A stretch of DNA of 64,000 bases from the human T2T-CHM13v2.0 reference genome, Homo sapiens. The notes beneath the pieces are model-generated. The model worked only from the letters and a program-made list of their open reading frames with translations, did not search any database and was not told where the DNA came from. The stretch lies in the NCBI RefSeq assembly GCF_009914755.1, contig NC_060947.1; one strand, given 5' to 3'. The first letter of the stretch is position 1. Every line of letters starts with the position of its first letter. Below, one piece after another: positions 12,031 to 26,302 of this stretch. A program made the translations under genes and the position numbers.

Positions 12031-14414
12031 AGTTGTTTTTAAAATGGGTCGTATGATCAGAAGCCCTCTCATACTGGTATAGCTGTAAAACCTATGCAAT
12101 TATTATATTCAATTTCAACTACAATTATGAATATATCTGAGCCTGTTAGCTTTGCCTGTACTATTAATATGGGTGTTCAGGCCTTACCTGCTTTCTGTGT
12201 AGCCCACTAGGTGATATGTTCTAGGCAATAAGTAAAGAGGACTAGATAAGAACCTCGGGATACTTGCTTTCAGACCATTGGCTACAGGCTAACTCAGGGT
12301 GGAGGGCTTCCTACTCTCAGACCAAAATACTGAACAACTGAGGTGGGACTGCATTTGCATGTGAGAATGAATAAGTATAGCTGTGGGCTTATAAAATTTC
12401 AGACTGACCTAGGAATGACCTAGCATAACAGGACTGAGGAGTACGAGGCTGTTCCACCAGTCCTACTTTCCATCTTTTGTAGTGAATCTCTATATCCCTT
12501 TATGAATATACTATATCTTCAGCTCCTTGTTATACCTAGTGTGGTACCTTAACAACTTAAGCTTTTAATCAAAGTCATTAAGCTACATTAAGCCACCTCA
12601 AGAAACAGAAATGAAATAATATATGTGAAAAGATAATTTATACGAACTGTGCCTAGCACACAATACACAGGTAAAGCATATTTGTTGCACAGCTATTAAA
12701 AGTCACTCAATAAATAAGAGTTTGCTTTCTCTCTTTTTGCTATAAATGGGCTATTTTGCTATGTGCTGTAAGGGAGATAATATTGGTCATATAGGATGGT
12801 GTTCTATCCTAGAAGACATACAACCTAGTAGGGGAGAATCCGAATCCAACACTGTTAACTGTATCATGCATTCACATGTCAACATGTATTTACCTCTAAC
12901 TCATAGACATTGGGCAACACATTGGAGACATAACAATAAATAAGCCGTGGTGTATTTTTTTCAAGAAGTTCACCTTCTCTTGTAATTTTCCTGTTTTCCC
13001 ACCCATTAATCACCCTAATCAATTACTCTTTCTAAACTTCTGATATATTTTGTTCAGACATCCATTATAATTTTTATAATTATGAATACACAAATTAATC
13101 TTCCCCATTATGTACAAGGTTCATTGCCCATGTTATATTATTTACATATGGATCAAGGACCTGGCACAGGGTCCTGCTAAACATTTATTGTAAATATGCC
13201 ACTATTTAGTAGCAATCTTCTGATTTAAGGTAAGTTATGAGCCTTAATTTATAGCTGTTAAAAATGATTCCTTACCAGAAAAAAGGAGGGGATCTAAACC
13301 TAAATGTACCCTCACGGCACTTTCACTTAGATTTTGGAGTGATGAGTAACTCTTTACCTCCTCCATTTCCTTTTTATCCCAGCTTTAAAAAATAGTTATA
13401 TTTCCTTACCAGGCCTCATCACACATCTATTTATTTACTATTAGGTGGATAACAACAGGTACCTAGTAATCCCTTCAACCAAGACATTCAATTTCTCACC
13501 TTTCCCCTCCCACTTCTTCTCCATCTTAGCTTTTAAATTAGCAATGAAAGTATGAGGTACTCTAAATTTATTTAATATAACTTTCCCCACAAGTGAAATA
13601 ATACCTGTGTACCTGCTCTCAAAGAAGAGTGAAAAAGTGAAGGCTGACAGAAGGCACACAACCATATTCAGTAATTTTCCTTGTTTTGTTGTAACAATTT
13701 ACTGGGTACCAGTTTGTCAAATTAGCTTAATTCCATAGTACAAATTATTAATAGCTTTACCTTTTTGTTTGTTGTTATCAACCATGATCTCTTCTCTACC
13801 CGTACATGGCATTTTAGGAGGTTCCCTTAGCTTTCCTGTAAATATATGAAATAAGATTAATCTCATTTGATGTTTCCTAATCATTTTCTGTTCGTGAATG
13901 GTACTGTATAAATTAAAACCTTAAGCTCACATCCAATTTAATCTTCCTTTCTGTCCCATCCTTGGGTTTGACACAAGATGTATGAACTTGTACTAGGAGA
14001 GGGAGAGCAATATGGTCTCTTTTACACTCCTCCGCCTCCTCTCCAGTTTTGCTTTGGGCTGCTTGTCAGAGTTGGAGTGAGGGAGAATCAGAGGAAGAGG
14101 AGCAAATAGCTCTACATAAACTCGGGTATTTTAGTACTCTCTTGATCAAAACTGGCCAGGATGGCCTCTATTATGGAAAGCAATAGAATACTTGGTCTTT
14201 CACAGGACTTATTTTGAGAGTTTTTGAAAACACATTTCTCTTTCATGGGCTATGTGTTTTGTGGCTTATTTTGTGAATGCTCTGAGCACTTGCTCCCTGA
14301 CTTTATTGCTGGATCCCCTCATTCTGGCAAATAGCCCTCTTGGAAAAAGTCTCATCAAGATGACTCTGGCATGGATGCCAACTATGCAACAGGAAATTGG
14401 CATTTCATTTTTCA

Positions 14415-14703
14415 AATGTTAATATAAATGGTATTGTGTTTTTAATTTCAAATTCTGATTAATATATAAGAAAGCAATTGACCTTCATGTATTAACACTG
14501 TATCCTGCAAACTTGCTATAATAACTTATTAGTCCCAGGAATTTTTCCTTGATTCTTTAGGATTTTCTGCATAATCACCTCATCTTTAAACAGAGACATT
14601 TTGATTTCTTTCTTCTCAATATTTATAGCTTTTATTTCCTTGTTGCATTAGCTAAGATTTCTAGTAGGTTTTGACTATGAGTAGCGAGAGGGAACATTCT
14701 TGC
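14415..14703 (-). mobile_element. L1M ORF2 fragment
   Basis: tgtatcctgcaaacttgcta...gattctttaggattttct...ttgcattagctaagatttctagta...gagggaacattcttgc. Confidence 0.7.
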
Positions 14704-15369
14704 ATTTGACACTTTTTTAAGAAAAAAATAATGAACACTAGTTTTCCTTACACCTTCAAAACAGGGACTTAAAATCCAAACATCGTTATTTCTACAAGAA
14801 CAAAACCTTAATCACATATGATTCTATAAAAGGAAAGGAAATCATATTATCTCAGATCTTATGGCATTGTTTTTGTTAAATAATGTAGCACTTAATATAA
14901 CATATTAACTGAATGAAGCCTCCTGCTATAGTGAAATGCACACTGACCCTCAATTAGTCATGTGAACACCCATGTAAAAAGTTTCTTTGAACAGCCATGT
15001 CAAAAGTTTCTTAGAATTATAGGCAACTTTTATTGGAAAAGTCTTACATCTTACTAGGGATTGTTGCACGTGTTATCTTTTCAATGCCTCACTATTAAAT
15101 TATATTCCTCTCCTGGAATCACTGTCTTCTTTCCACTAGGCTCCATGTCTAGGTACAATAACCAGGCTAACATGGAGTAAGCAAATTATCAGTATGCAAG
15201 AGCATAATCGGTTTCCACAGGTGTTAAGACATCACTTCTCCCATCAATAGGCACATCCTCCCCATTTCCAAAACACATGCAAATCAAAAATTAAACCTAG
15301 AATTTTGTCATATTAAAAAACACATAATTATAACATGTAAAATGTGTGAATAAAGTAATACAGGCATTA

Positions 15370-15714
<345 letters not shown>

Positions 15715-16573
15715 GAAACTCTCCACTGGAGATCCGGAACATATGTCAACATAGAGACTACAGGAAACAATAGCTTGGGGTTTGAAGTATGAGCTATTTT
15801 CTTTACACTTTACTAACTATAATTTGTATAAGATTTGAGAAAGCATAGTCTCAAATGCCTAATTAGCCTCTGTGGTAGTTAGACACTGGTTCATCTATGA
15901 TCACGAGATATGTTCAAGGCTGGGTATATACTGCTGGAGAGTTGATGTCTGTAACGTTTGAAAGACAAGACCAAAACAGGTAACTAAGCTTATTGTAAAA
16001 GGGAGGAACAATTACGTAGCTACCATTGAGTTTCCTTTTGCAATTCTAAAAATAAGAAACACTATCCTGAAAATGTAAGTCTAGAGCATTTTATTCCAAA
16101 TCTACTGGGCTCTGAACACTTAATTTTCAAAGTGAGATACATGCAATATCAAACAGTAAAAGGTTTATATTTCATACTAAGATTTTTTTAAGTGCTTAAC
16201 TAAGGAGACACTATAAAGTTGGTCTAGTTTGTCTTCAGTGTGATACCCTCTCTCTGAGCTTAACCCCAACCTCAGCATGGCCCGTTCTCCCTCACAATGC
16301 TTCACTAGCCAGTGTTTTCATGCCTTGCAGAGTTTCTCCTATTAGGGAAAGAATAGCATAATAAACAGATTGACACACATGAAGATATTATACATCCTTG
16401 CTTCTCAAATTGTGCTCCACAGAACAGAAAAATTAGCACACCATACTTACCAAGAATCTGCATTTTCGTAAGTTCCCCACATGCTTTGTATGCACTTTAC
16501 TAGGGTAACTAGGAGATTCACATACACATTAAAGTTTCAGAAATGTTGGTGGAGATGTTGCCGTTATCCAGAG

Positions 16574-16773
16574 CAGTGGTTCTCAAAGTGTGATCCCTGG
16601 GCGAGCAGTGTCAGCACGAGCATCAGCACCACCTGGTAACTTATTAGAAATGTAAATTGTCAGGCCCTGCCCCAAACCTACTGATTAGAAACTCCGGGTG
16701 TGGGGCCCAGCCGTCTATGGTTTAACAAGTCCTCCAGGGGATTCTGATGCATGAAAAAATTTAAGGACCACTC
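16574..16773 (-). mobile_element. MER5A hAT-Charlie MITE (a weaker MER5-like piece lies at ~16398-16550)
   Basis: TIR cagtggttctcaaa at the start, ggaccact at the end; internal gggccc...gtttaacaag...gattctgatgca. Confidence 0.85.
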
Positions 16774-18599
16774 ACTGTTCCAGGGTGTCTGCATGGAAAT
16801 AATTGCTAATTTCAGAATCAAATAGCTCAGAACACCATAAAAAGTAGAAAGGGGTGGGAGTTTTACCCCACAGAGCATCCTGGCTTTCCTCCAACTCACA
16901 TAATCCTGACATTTAAGAATTTTCCAAACATGCCCCAGGTGTGCTTTTAAAATCCCTTGATACCAATTGGTCTAATTCAAGAATTCTGCTCCATTACTTT
17001 AGCTATTTTAAACTGTGAAATTTCACACAACCAGGACGTCAGGTTGTATAGCAATTTTAATTAGCTGCTTATAATATGAAGAAGATCATTGAGTTATTGG
17101 AATTACTTCACTAACTTAAGAGCTTCTACAAAATTGAACTCCAAATCTTGTTCTCTCCTAATTCATTGCCCAGATGCACCTTGTTTAAATTTAGCCACTC
17201 TGTTTTAAAATCTAAATGGTATCTGGTTTCTGTCAAAAATTGTGCTTCTCTCCGTGTGTCAATGTACTGCTATTTCAGACCCACAGCCTATCGCTAGCAA
17301 ATATCACTGCAAAGAGGTGCTCTTCACTGGTTTTAATGTGCTTTCCAATTCAATAAGGAGTGGTGATTAATGCAGTTTAAACGCCAAAGCAAACAAGAAT
17401 TATATGAAAGTATGATCATATTGTATTGGTAGTGATCATATTGTAGAATAAGGAAGTTTACTGCCGTGAAAGTAGTTACAACGAGTTTATTATTTTAAGA
17501 TAGCCTCCAGTATTCTTCCAAGACTAAGCAACGGATTAAGGGACTATCTAGGCAAGAAGAGTCTGCATTATTCAAATCACTTGTCTGCTGTTATTTAAAG
17601 CCTTTTCCAAGTGTTAAACAAGAGAAAATTGCTCTTTGCTTAAATGTTTTTTCAACAGTATGACTCTTAGTTCATTTCACTGTTATGGCATTAAATTGGT
17701 TGCGTTTACTTTCAACAATGACAATTTTGTTTCAAACCATGAAATACTTGTTCTATATTACACATAGGTATTAAGGAATTAGCCTTGATGCCCAAGATAA
17801 CTGGAGTGATCACTTCTCTGGCACATTCACAAGCACGTTAAGCATATTCATTCTTACTAACCCACAACAATCCCCTATTAGTTATGACGTATGTGCCATC
17901 TTTAACAGGGGAGCACATTAGTGTAAATGCTGCAGACTTATAGCTTTGTATGTGCCCTGAAAACATGTTGAGACTTTTCTACAAATTGTCCAAACTAAGT
18001 GAGAATCATACAGAACAAAGAAAACGATCCCTCTGGGTACTTTTCTATGTGTGTTAAAAATGATTTTTGGCGCTTTGTCAGAGTGCAGCAACAACACATT
18101 CATACTGAGGTTGGAATTATTGGAAGCAAACCCAGATAAGAGCTACTAATTAATATCCTTTCACAACTTTGAAGTGAAGAGAACCATTAAGCCAGCCACA
18201 TATCTACCTTTTAAGAAACTTTTGTGGAGTAGAAATAATGAGTTGAGGAGTTTACCAGAAATTAAAGGATGGGTGCAATTCCATCCTAGCAGATCTGGGA
18301 AATGAAATCAGTTTACCTCTCAGGCATGCAGTAATGACTATCATCAACTAAGAAACATTCACTTTGTAAATAAATGGATGTGTAAACATAACTCTAAAGT
18401 GTGTTTAGCTTAGTCACAATTTAGAAAGTTGTTTTTTGTACTATATTGCAAATACACATTTTAACTCGGTGCCTACATGCGTCCACATTCATCATCTGTC
18501 GATCAAACTATGCATCTATCTTACTTCATTGATAGACTAAACTGTGTTTTAAACATTAGCAGAGAGAATGAGATTGGCACTTATGCTTTACATATATAT

Positions 18600-18820
18600 G
18601 TTTTTACTAAAGTAGAGCACACATACAGCAAAGTTGAAAGTAAGTGTATATAACTCATTTAATTTTTACTAACTGAATACAGTCATGGAGTTAGCATTTA
18701 GATCAAGAAACAATACTAGTGCCAGTACCCTAGAAGTCGTTTTTTACCCCCTTCCAGATTCTACTAACTTCCCCACAGACTAAAAAATAACCACTATACT
18801 GTATTGACAGCAGATAGTCT
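18600..18820 (-). mobile_element. L1ME-like 3' fragment
   Basis: cacatacagcaaag...agatcaagaaaca...ccagtaccctagaagt...taaccactat. Confidence 0.5.
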
Positions 18821-19014
18821 CACTTTATGTTAGGGTGCACATGAAAGCATTTTTTAAAATAGAAAATCAAAGTAAACAATCAAACAAATGAATTAAGCAT
18901 TCTTCGAACACCATGTTCCTTTGCGCCAGTAGCAGCATCTTTATGCTTTGTTTTATGGTATGGCGTAGCTACTAAAATGTATCAGATATAAATATCTAGA
19001 TTTCTTCTACTCCA

Positions 19015-19432
19015 ACAGATCTTGAAGTATGATCCAGAGACCCTGGAGAGATACCCAAAAAACTTTTAGGGCACCCACAAAGTCAAAAATATTTCCATAA
19101 TAATACTAAAATATTATTCACCTTTTCCACTCACTCTCAGGTGTATCTATATTGGAATTTTCCAGAGGACCTAAGATGTGATATCACAGCAAAATGAATG
19201 CAAAAATAAGTATGAGAATCAAGTTATTTTCTATTAAGCCAGATATTTAAAATATTTACAAAAATGTAAAACAGTGCCACTCTTCACTACTATTTTCTTT
19301 GGAAAATATAGATTTTTTTGTAATAATATTATATTAACGTATAATTAATTTATTGTTACTTTACAGTGATTAGTAATTCAAAAATTTATGAGTCTAAAAG
19401 GGCCATGAGACTAAGATGTTTGAAAACCGCTG
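19015..19432. mobile_element. hAT-Charlie family DNA transposon relic (subfamily uncertain)
   Basis: ttttccagagg...gaatgcaaaaataagtatgagaatcaag...ttctattaagccagata; TIR-like tttgaaaaccgctg at the right end. Confidence 0.65.
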
Positions 19433-19992
19433 TACTAGGTATTCCAGAGTTTATATACCATACCATTTCTTTGAATTGGCTCCCATTGAAAATTCAAATA
19501 CCTTAATTGTCAAATTCACTTATTATTTTTAATCTATCTTTACTTGAACTTTGTAAGTTTTGGGGACTACCTTCTCTCCTGTTTGTTTTTCCTTCACATC
19601 TCCTCATATCCTTTGCTTCTGCAAAATTACTCTCATATTTCATCATTTCTCAGGGTTATACACAGGCTAGGTTTAATTTCTCACCTCTGACATTCAGACT
19701 TTAAAAAAACACAATCCATTATCAGATCCGGATTTGATTTTACCTTACTTGAAAGTGAAGAAATTATTAAGTTAGCCTTTTTAGTATTTCAGGAATGCTG
19801 AGGCACATGAGTAAAAGACAAAGAACTTCATTATTCATGGAACGGTAAGACCTATGAGCATTAGTGTGTTTGTTTTAGTTCCCCTTTCCTGAAAATTTCA
19901 TGGTGGTGACATGGAAGGGCTCAGTTGATATTATATATGCAGGTGGTTTGCATCGCAACTGAAGAACTCTGAGCTTAGGGAATTTTCCTTTT

Positions 19993-20112
19993 TCTAGCAA
20001 GCAGTAAGCCTGCTTATTCCTCAGTATTGCTCTCTAGCAAGCAGTAAGCCTGCTGATTCCTCAGTGTTGCTCTCTAGCAAGCAGTAAGCCTGCTTATTCA
20101 TCAGTATTGCTC
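19993..20112. repeat. 40-bp minisatellite, 3 copies, inside an LTR-like element (~19780-20233)
   Basis: tctagcaagcagtaagcctgcttattcctcagtattgctc x3 with 1-2 mismatches per copy. Confidence 0.95.
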
Positions 20113-20849
20113 GTGTTAACCTAACTCTGACAAATGGCCTGGATAAAGATTGGTCAAGGCCTTGCAATCTTGGCATTCCAAGCAAGAATGTGTAGAGACA
20201 CTCAGGGTTTATGTAGGGTTATCTTTTCCAATGTCCATTTCAGAAGGTAATTAATAATGAGGGCACACTATTTATAAAATGGGGGATACCCCCCACAAAA
20301 AACATTAAAAACATTAGAGGGTTTGTATACCCTTCAGAGCAGACTCCTGCCTTAAATATTAATGTTTCTCAGGGTACTACAATAACCTTCTGATCTCAGT
20401 CAGCTACCACCAGTGTAAGAGATCCCATTTTTTTTTTATCAGCTTTAGTTACTTTTGTCCAATTTCATGCTAGATGTCTCTATCTGGCTGTCAAATAGGC
20501 GCTTTAAATTCAACACAAACAACATGAATCAAATCATCATCCATCACTCTCCGCAAGAAAGGTGCAAAACAATGCATTTTTCTGGGTTTTTTAAAATCTT
20601 GATAAGAATCGCGTTAGCCCATCACCCAAGCTGAAATTTGAGGCCTTTTTTTTTCTTTACCCTGTTCTGCATGTCTTGAGATATTTTTCTCTTATATATT
20701 TCTTGAATTCATTCTCTTCTCTTGGTATCAACCTCTACAGCTTAGATTCAGGAGCTCAGTATCCTTTGCTATCATCTACAACCGTAGCTCCTTAATATGT
20801 TTAGCCTTATTACCTTCCACTGCATCTTCCCCATCAATTTCAAATGACC

Positions 20850-21055
20850 AGAGGTAGGGGAAGAGAACAGGTTTTGGTATGAAACAAACTCTCACTCTGA
20901 GTCTGCAATCTTGGGCATGTATTGACCTCTCTAAAACTGATGTTATTTGTAACATCAGGACAATACTCTTTCCATTATGAAATTGTGAGAATTATCTAAT
21001 ATGATACATGTATATTACAAGCACAATTTATGACCCATAGTTAGTTCTTTAAAAT
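20850..21055 (+). mobile_element. MIR SINE (flanked by degenerate L2)
   Basis: tcttgggcatgtattgacctctct...ttgtgagaatta...atagttagttctttaaaata. Confidence 0.5.
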
Positions 21056-23649
21056 ACTACTCCCCTTCTCCTCTTCCTTTTAAAACAATTAAAAGGCTTT
21101 CACTCACCATAAAAATAAATTTAAACTCATTACTATCATATATAAACCACTTCTTGACCTGCAAGACACCATGTCTCATTTTCCCACTGCTTTTAACACT
21201 TTTTTGAGTGACAGAATTCCACATAGCTACATATAATGAGATAGTGACCCTTATTGCAGAAGTATAATATCAAAATTTGCTTCTACTACTACATTGTAAA
21301 ATATATATAAGAAACAAATTAATAATAGATAGTAACAGAAGTAAATATGGCCTCATTGTATATTTTTAATAAAATTTCCAATAAATACTTGATAATTGAA
21401 GCTCTATCTGCTTCATACATCAAAGATTCTAAAGATAAAATGTGCCAAAAATATGTGTAGAGGTCTTTAAATTATATAACAAATATAGTGACGGGGTCGA
21501 AATTGGAAAAAAAAGAGTAAAAAAAAAATTTCTGGACCAAGGGCATGAGATAAGCCCTTGCTGGAGAAGATTTCAGTAGAAGAAAAATCTAGAATCCGTA
21601 CTATTTACTGCATTAGCAAACTGTACTAGAGGAGATTGCCCCAGCTTCCATTTGGCCCTCTATCACTCTATACTGTAATGCCCAGTATTCTTTATGGTCA
21701 TTTATTATCTTAACCATTATTCATTAAAAGCTTTCAGCTTTGTAAAATGTGACTATTCAATTATTTTTTCATGATAGCAAAACACTATCATACGGAATCA
21801 AATAGAACAGTATTGTTTGGTTCTAAAAGAATAACTTTGTATATAATTCATAAAGACTAATCAGCTACATATATGTAAGCATAACCTATTTAAAAATATA
21901 CATCTAGTTTGTGATCACTGAAAGTTAATATCTATTTAATGTATTAGCAGTTTTTATGCACTTTGGTGTCAAGACTAGAAGCAACAATAATATATTTCCT
22001 TTGCCCACTAAGGCCCGTGGTCGACAAACATTTACTGATATGTATCTCAGATCTTTTGAAAGGATAATGGTGAGGCTAACTAATGGTCTTGTTGGATTGT
22101 TGTCTGCTTTTTTGTGGTGCTCCATCTTACAGAGCTCTGATAAAGGGTGTTTAGAATCCTCCTTCAGTATAGATAGTCAATCAGCAAAAGAGGAGCTTCT
22201 TGGCCCTTGAGATTCTCTTTAAATTTTAGAGGACCAACTCTAATTCCTAATTCTAATTAACAAAACTCCCTCTTTCTGTAGTGCCCCGTAGAGTCACTAT
22301 TCATATTGACCCAGAATAATTTTCCCATATCATTATTTGTATTCCACGCATGTAATTAGCCAAATGATTCTTAGGTCACAACATTTTGGAAGCCATAAAA
22401 TAAGGCATTAAAGAGCCTACCCAAAGGACTAGTGGACTTAAATGCATCTGGAAATAGATGTAAAATCACATGTGGTTAATGGATAGTATTTCTACAAGGG
22501 TGAATTTAACTTTGATTGATTTTATAAATAACTGTATTGCTATCAGTATAAGAGTGGGTATGTTATCAGTTATCAATAACAATTTATCAGATTTTGATAA
22601 TTTAGTGTCAGGTTGTCTTGATGGAGGATGATAGAAGCCACTTCCTTTCACTACTAGTTTTTGTACTGTTTCTATATTTGATTTTGAGAGAAATCATGTC
22701 TTACCTTCAAAGTGGCAGAGTTAATGAAGTTCATAATGGGAGTCTGAGGTCAGGGGCATCAGAACTATTGTATATGGTTGTGCAGTTCAGCCCTGCACAT
22801 GATCATCTGGCTGTGGGGAGAGTTGGGGTGTCAATTCAGCCCATGCTTGCCTAGCCAAGCCCAGGCACCTTTCAGTGGAACTGAGACTAATTTAACAAAA
22901 AAGTGTTGTCTATACTCAAGCCATAAGGAGACTGCCCAAAGAGAGACTTTAAAAAATTCTAAAATGGTGCTAGAGAAGGGTAGAGGAGGCCCTGAGAATG
23001 GCTTCTTTTCACAGTCATATTGGCAGGTGAGGTGCTACTACTTTAATATAAAGTCAAGTTTTTGTAAAATCTGCTTTAGTTTTGCATACTAAATCTTAAT
23101 GTGGTATTAATAAGATGCTTTGTATCAGAAACAATTTTAATGTATGCCTTAATAAGAATTATGTTGGGTTTTCTAGTATTCCAAATTAATAGGTAACTAA
23201 TTCTATTCACAGGTCACATATTATTACCATTAAAAATAACCTAACTCATTAAACATCAGAGCACTTAATTTATGTTATTCTGAGAGTGTAAATGTGTGTG
23301 TATGTGTGTGTGTCAGAGAGAGAGAGATTGCATACAATTACCTACATATCAATGGAAAATAATTATTGGACCCCATGGTCAAAATTTTGCTTGTGATTAT
23401 TTTTCCTTTGGAATGTGTCCCACCCTTCTCTTCTCTTTTTCTCACTCTGTTTCTTAGTATGTTTATCATTGGATATTGATAATAATAGTACAAATTTAAA
23501 ATGTAGCTATATTGATGATCAGGGTTAATGGAAGGGAATAATGTTTTAGATGATCTGATGTGACAATAAATTTGCCTGAATTTTAAAATGTATAATTATA
23601 TTGAAATTCAATGTAATGCATGGCACATATGGGAGTTTACCTAAACATA

Positions 23650-24668
23650 ATAAAGCCACCTTCCTTTATATCATATATAAAATAATTTCAGATCAATTCA
23701 GATCAATATTAAAATTATTGAATTTAATTACATAAATATTACCAAGGACACAGTTTTTAAAAAGCACTATGAAGTTAATATTCAAGTGTCAGCCTGAAAG
23801 AAAATATTTGCAAAGCATATGACATATAAACTTCCAGAATATAGAAATAACTACAAATCAATAAGAAACATATCCAGATCCCAATAGAAAAATATATGAA
23901 GGGTATGAACTGATAGTTTACACAAGAAGTAATACAGATAGCCAATAAGCTTTTAAAAGAATGCATGATCTCACTAGAAATTAGAGATATTTGAGTTTTA
24001 AAAGTAGGGGACATAATTTTTCACCCATCAAATTGGCAAAAATGAAAACAACTGATAACAATCAACTTGGAAAGGGCATGGAAAAATGAATATTCTAATA
24101 CATATTGGTATATCATTTTGGAGAGCAATTTGATTGTATACCTTAAAATTTAACATATAAATATCCTTTTATCCATTAGTTCCATTTCTAAGTATCTAAT
24201 CCAGAGGAAATAATGCATATGCCTACAAATAATCAAATACAAGAATATTTATAGCCTCCCTTTTTCTAACATAGTAAATATCATATCTGTCCTAAATGCT
24301 TAGCTTATGGGTCATTTACCTACCTTTCACAATAAACCTATAAGTTGGTATAAATATTTCCCTAATTTATATTGGAAGAACATTCATAAAGAAGACTAAG
24401 GAGATATGAGGCCTAAATACAAAGTAACCTGAATTGTATCCTGGAACAGAAAATGGTCAATAGTACAAAAGTTGGTAAAATCTGAATAAAGTCTAGAGTT
24501 AATAATATTGCACCAATGTTAATTTCTTAGTTTTAATAAATGTGTCATGTTTTTATATGATGTTAATATTAGAGGACGCTGGATGAAGGGCAGACAGGAA
24601 TTGTCTACTATCTTTGCAACCTTTCTGTAAATCTATATTTATTTTCTAAATAAAAGGTTTTTAAAAAT
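23650..24668 (+). mobile_element. Old L1ME/L1MC fragments (ORF2 3' part ~23650-24300; 3'UTR end ~24385-24668)
   Basis: aaaatatttgcaa, cccaatagaaaaat, tttcacccatcaaattggcaaaaat, ttggagagcaattt; tactatctttgcaacctttctgtaaatcta...aataaaag. Confidence 0.7.
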
Positions 24669-25169
24669 ACTCTTAATATCCTACAACTAGCAAGTGGCAG
24701 AGCTAGTTGAAACAGCAGAAAGGCAAAGCCAGAGAGAATAAAATGAGCATGTAGTATTTGGAGACTGAGAGCAGATAGGTTGGTCAAATGCAAACAGCGA
24801 ATTGTTATTCTCACCTTCCATCTCCATATAGCTCCTTTTCCCTGCCTACATTATTATAGGAACTAGATTCTTCCATTAAATTTCTTTTCATATAGTTTGG
24901 AACAAACACACTGTACGCCTCCTATGTGCCAGAAGCTGTGAAGGCAATAAAAACAAATGAGACCATACTTCCACTCAAGTAAACTAGTAGGCTACATAGA
25001 CATGTAAACAATAACTGCAACAGAAACAAACAAAAAAGAAATGTTCCTTGAAGTTCATAAACAATTCTGTGGGAAATATCACCAGGAGCTTCAGATCATG
25101 GGTTTATGATATTTTGACCTATAACCACATATCCTGATTGGATAATCAAAATGAAAACTAATAATATTA

Positions 25170-25300
25170 AGCCGGGCAACATGGCACACACTAGTCGTCT
25201 TAGCTACTCAGGAGGCTGAGATGGGGGGACAGCTTGAGGTCAGGAGTTCAAGTCCAGCCTGAGCAACACAGCAAGACCTTGTCTCTTAAACAACAAAAAA
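25170..25300 (+). mobile_element. FLAM / Alu monomer
   Basis: gccgggc...gctactcaggaggctgag...cttgaggtcaggagttcaagtccagcctgagcaacacagcaagacc followed by an A tail. Confidence 0.85.
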
Positions 25301-25714
25301 GTAATGTTTTAAGTTTTAAAAGTGTTCTGTTTAGATATGTATCCCTACCACCATCTATCTTTTTCTCTTTCAATGAATCACTCTTCTGATAATTTTCCCA
25401 AAAAGTGAATAATTCACTTTGTTTACTGGACGGTAGGAATAATCTTAAAGTATCTTCTACAGAACAAATGCTTCAACATACTTTGAATATGCAATGCCAA
25501 AATCTGTGGTCTTAACAACTATGTAATCTTTGTACAATAATACAAAATTAGAAACTGATATTTCCACCAATATGAAAATTATTAAGTTGGTTACATCACC
25601 TACAGACTACGAAATGTTCTGTGGCAATTACAACAGGAATATCTCTAAGATATTTCATGAGGGGAAAAGAATGGAATTTGGAAAATGGCATGTATTGTGA
25701 ACTCCTATGCTCTC

Positions 25715-26302
25715 ACAATGCTCTCCTGTCCTAATCTTTCCAGAACCCATGAATACAATGAAATATTACTCCTGCAGTTATGTTATGTTACGTTATGTTA
25801 TGTTATGTTATGTTATGTTATGTTATGTTATGTTATATGGAATAGTCAGTCTTAATATAAGATTATCCAGATGGGCCTGCTAATCACTTGAGGATGTTCT
25901 CCAGCTGATGTCAGAAGAACTTAAAGAGACTTGAAACATGAGAAGGACTTGACAGTACCATTGCTGGTTTGAAGATGGTGGTACCATATGAGATGGAATG
26001 CACGTGGCCTTAAGGAGCTAAGAATTGTCCATGGCCTGTAGCCAGCAAGTTAACATGGACCTCAGCCCCTACAACTGCAAGGAACTGTCAATGACAGAAA
26101 TGAACTTGGAAGAAGACTCTATGATCCAAGCAAGAACAAATCTGGCCAACATTCTGGCTTTGGACTTGTGAAGCCCTAAATAGAAAATCTAACCATACTC
26201 TGCCAGATTGCTGATATGTAGAAATGTAAGTTAATAAATGGGTGTTGTTTTAAGCCACTAAGTTTGCCATGATTTATTATGGGAGCTATATAAAACTAAT
26301 AC
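25715..26302 (+). mobile_element. MLT1E-like MaLR LTR
   Basis: ccattgctggtttgaagatgg, gccagcaag, tacaactgcaaggaactg, aataaatgggtgttgttttaagccactaagttt, ends aactaataca. Confidence 0.85.
25777..25836. repeat. (GTTAT)12 pentanucleotide microsatellite
   Basis: Seen directly; one unit is GTTAC. Confidence 0.95.

Noticed and set aside
19993-20112. Hairpin-containing direct repeats resembling a CRISPR array
   Set aside because: Units are head-to-tail with no unique spacers, there are no cas genes, and the context is a primate genome.
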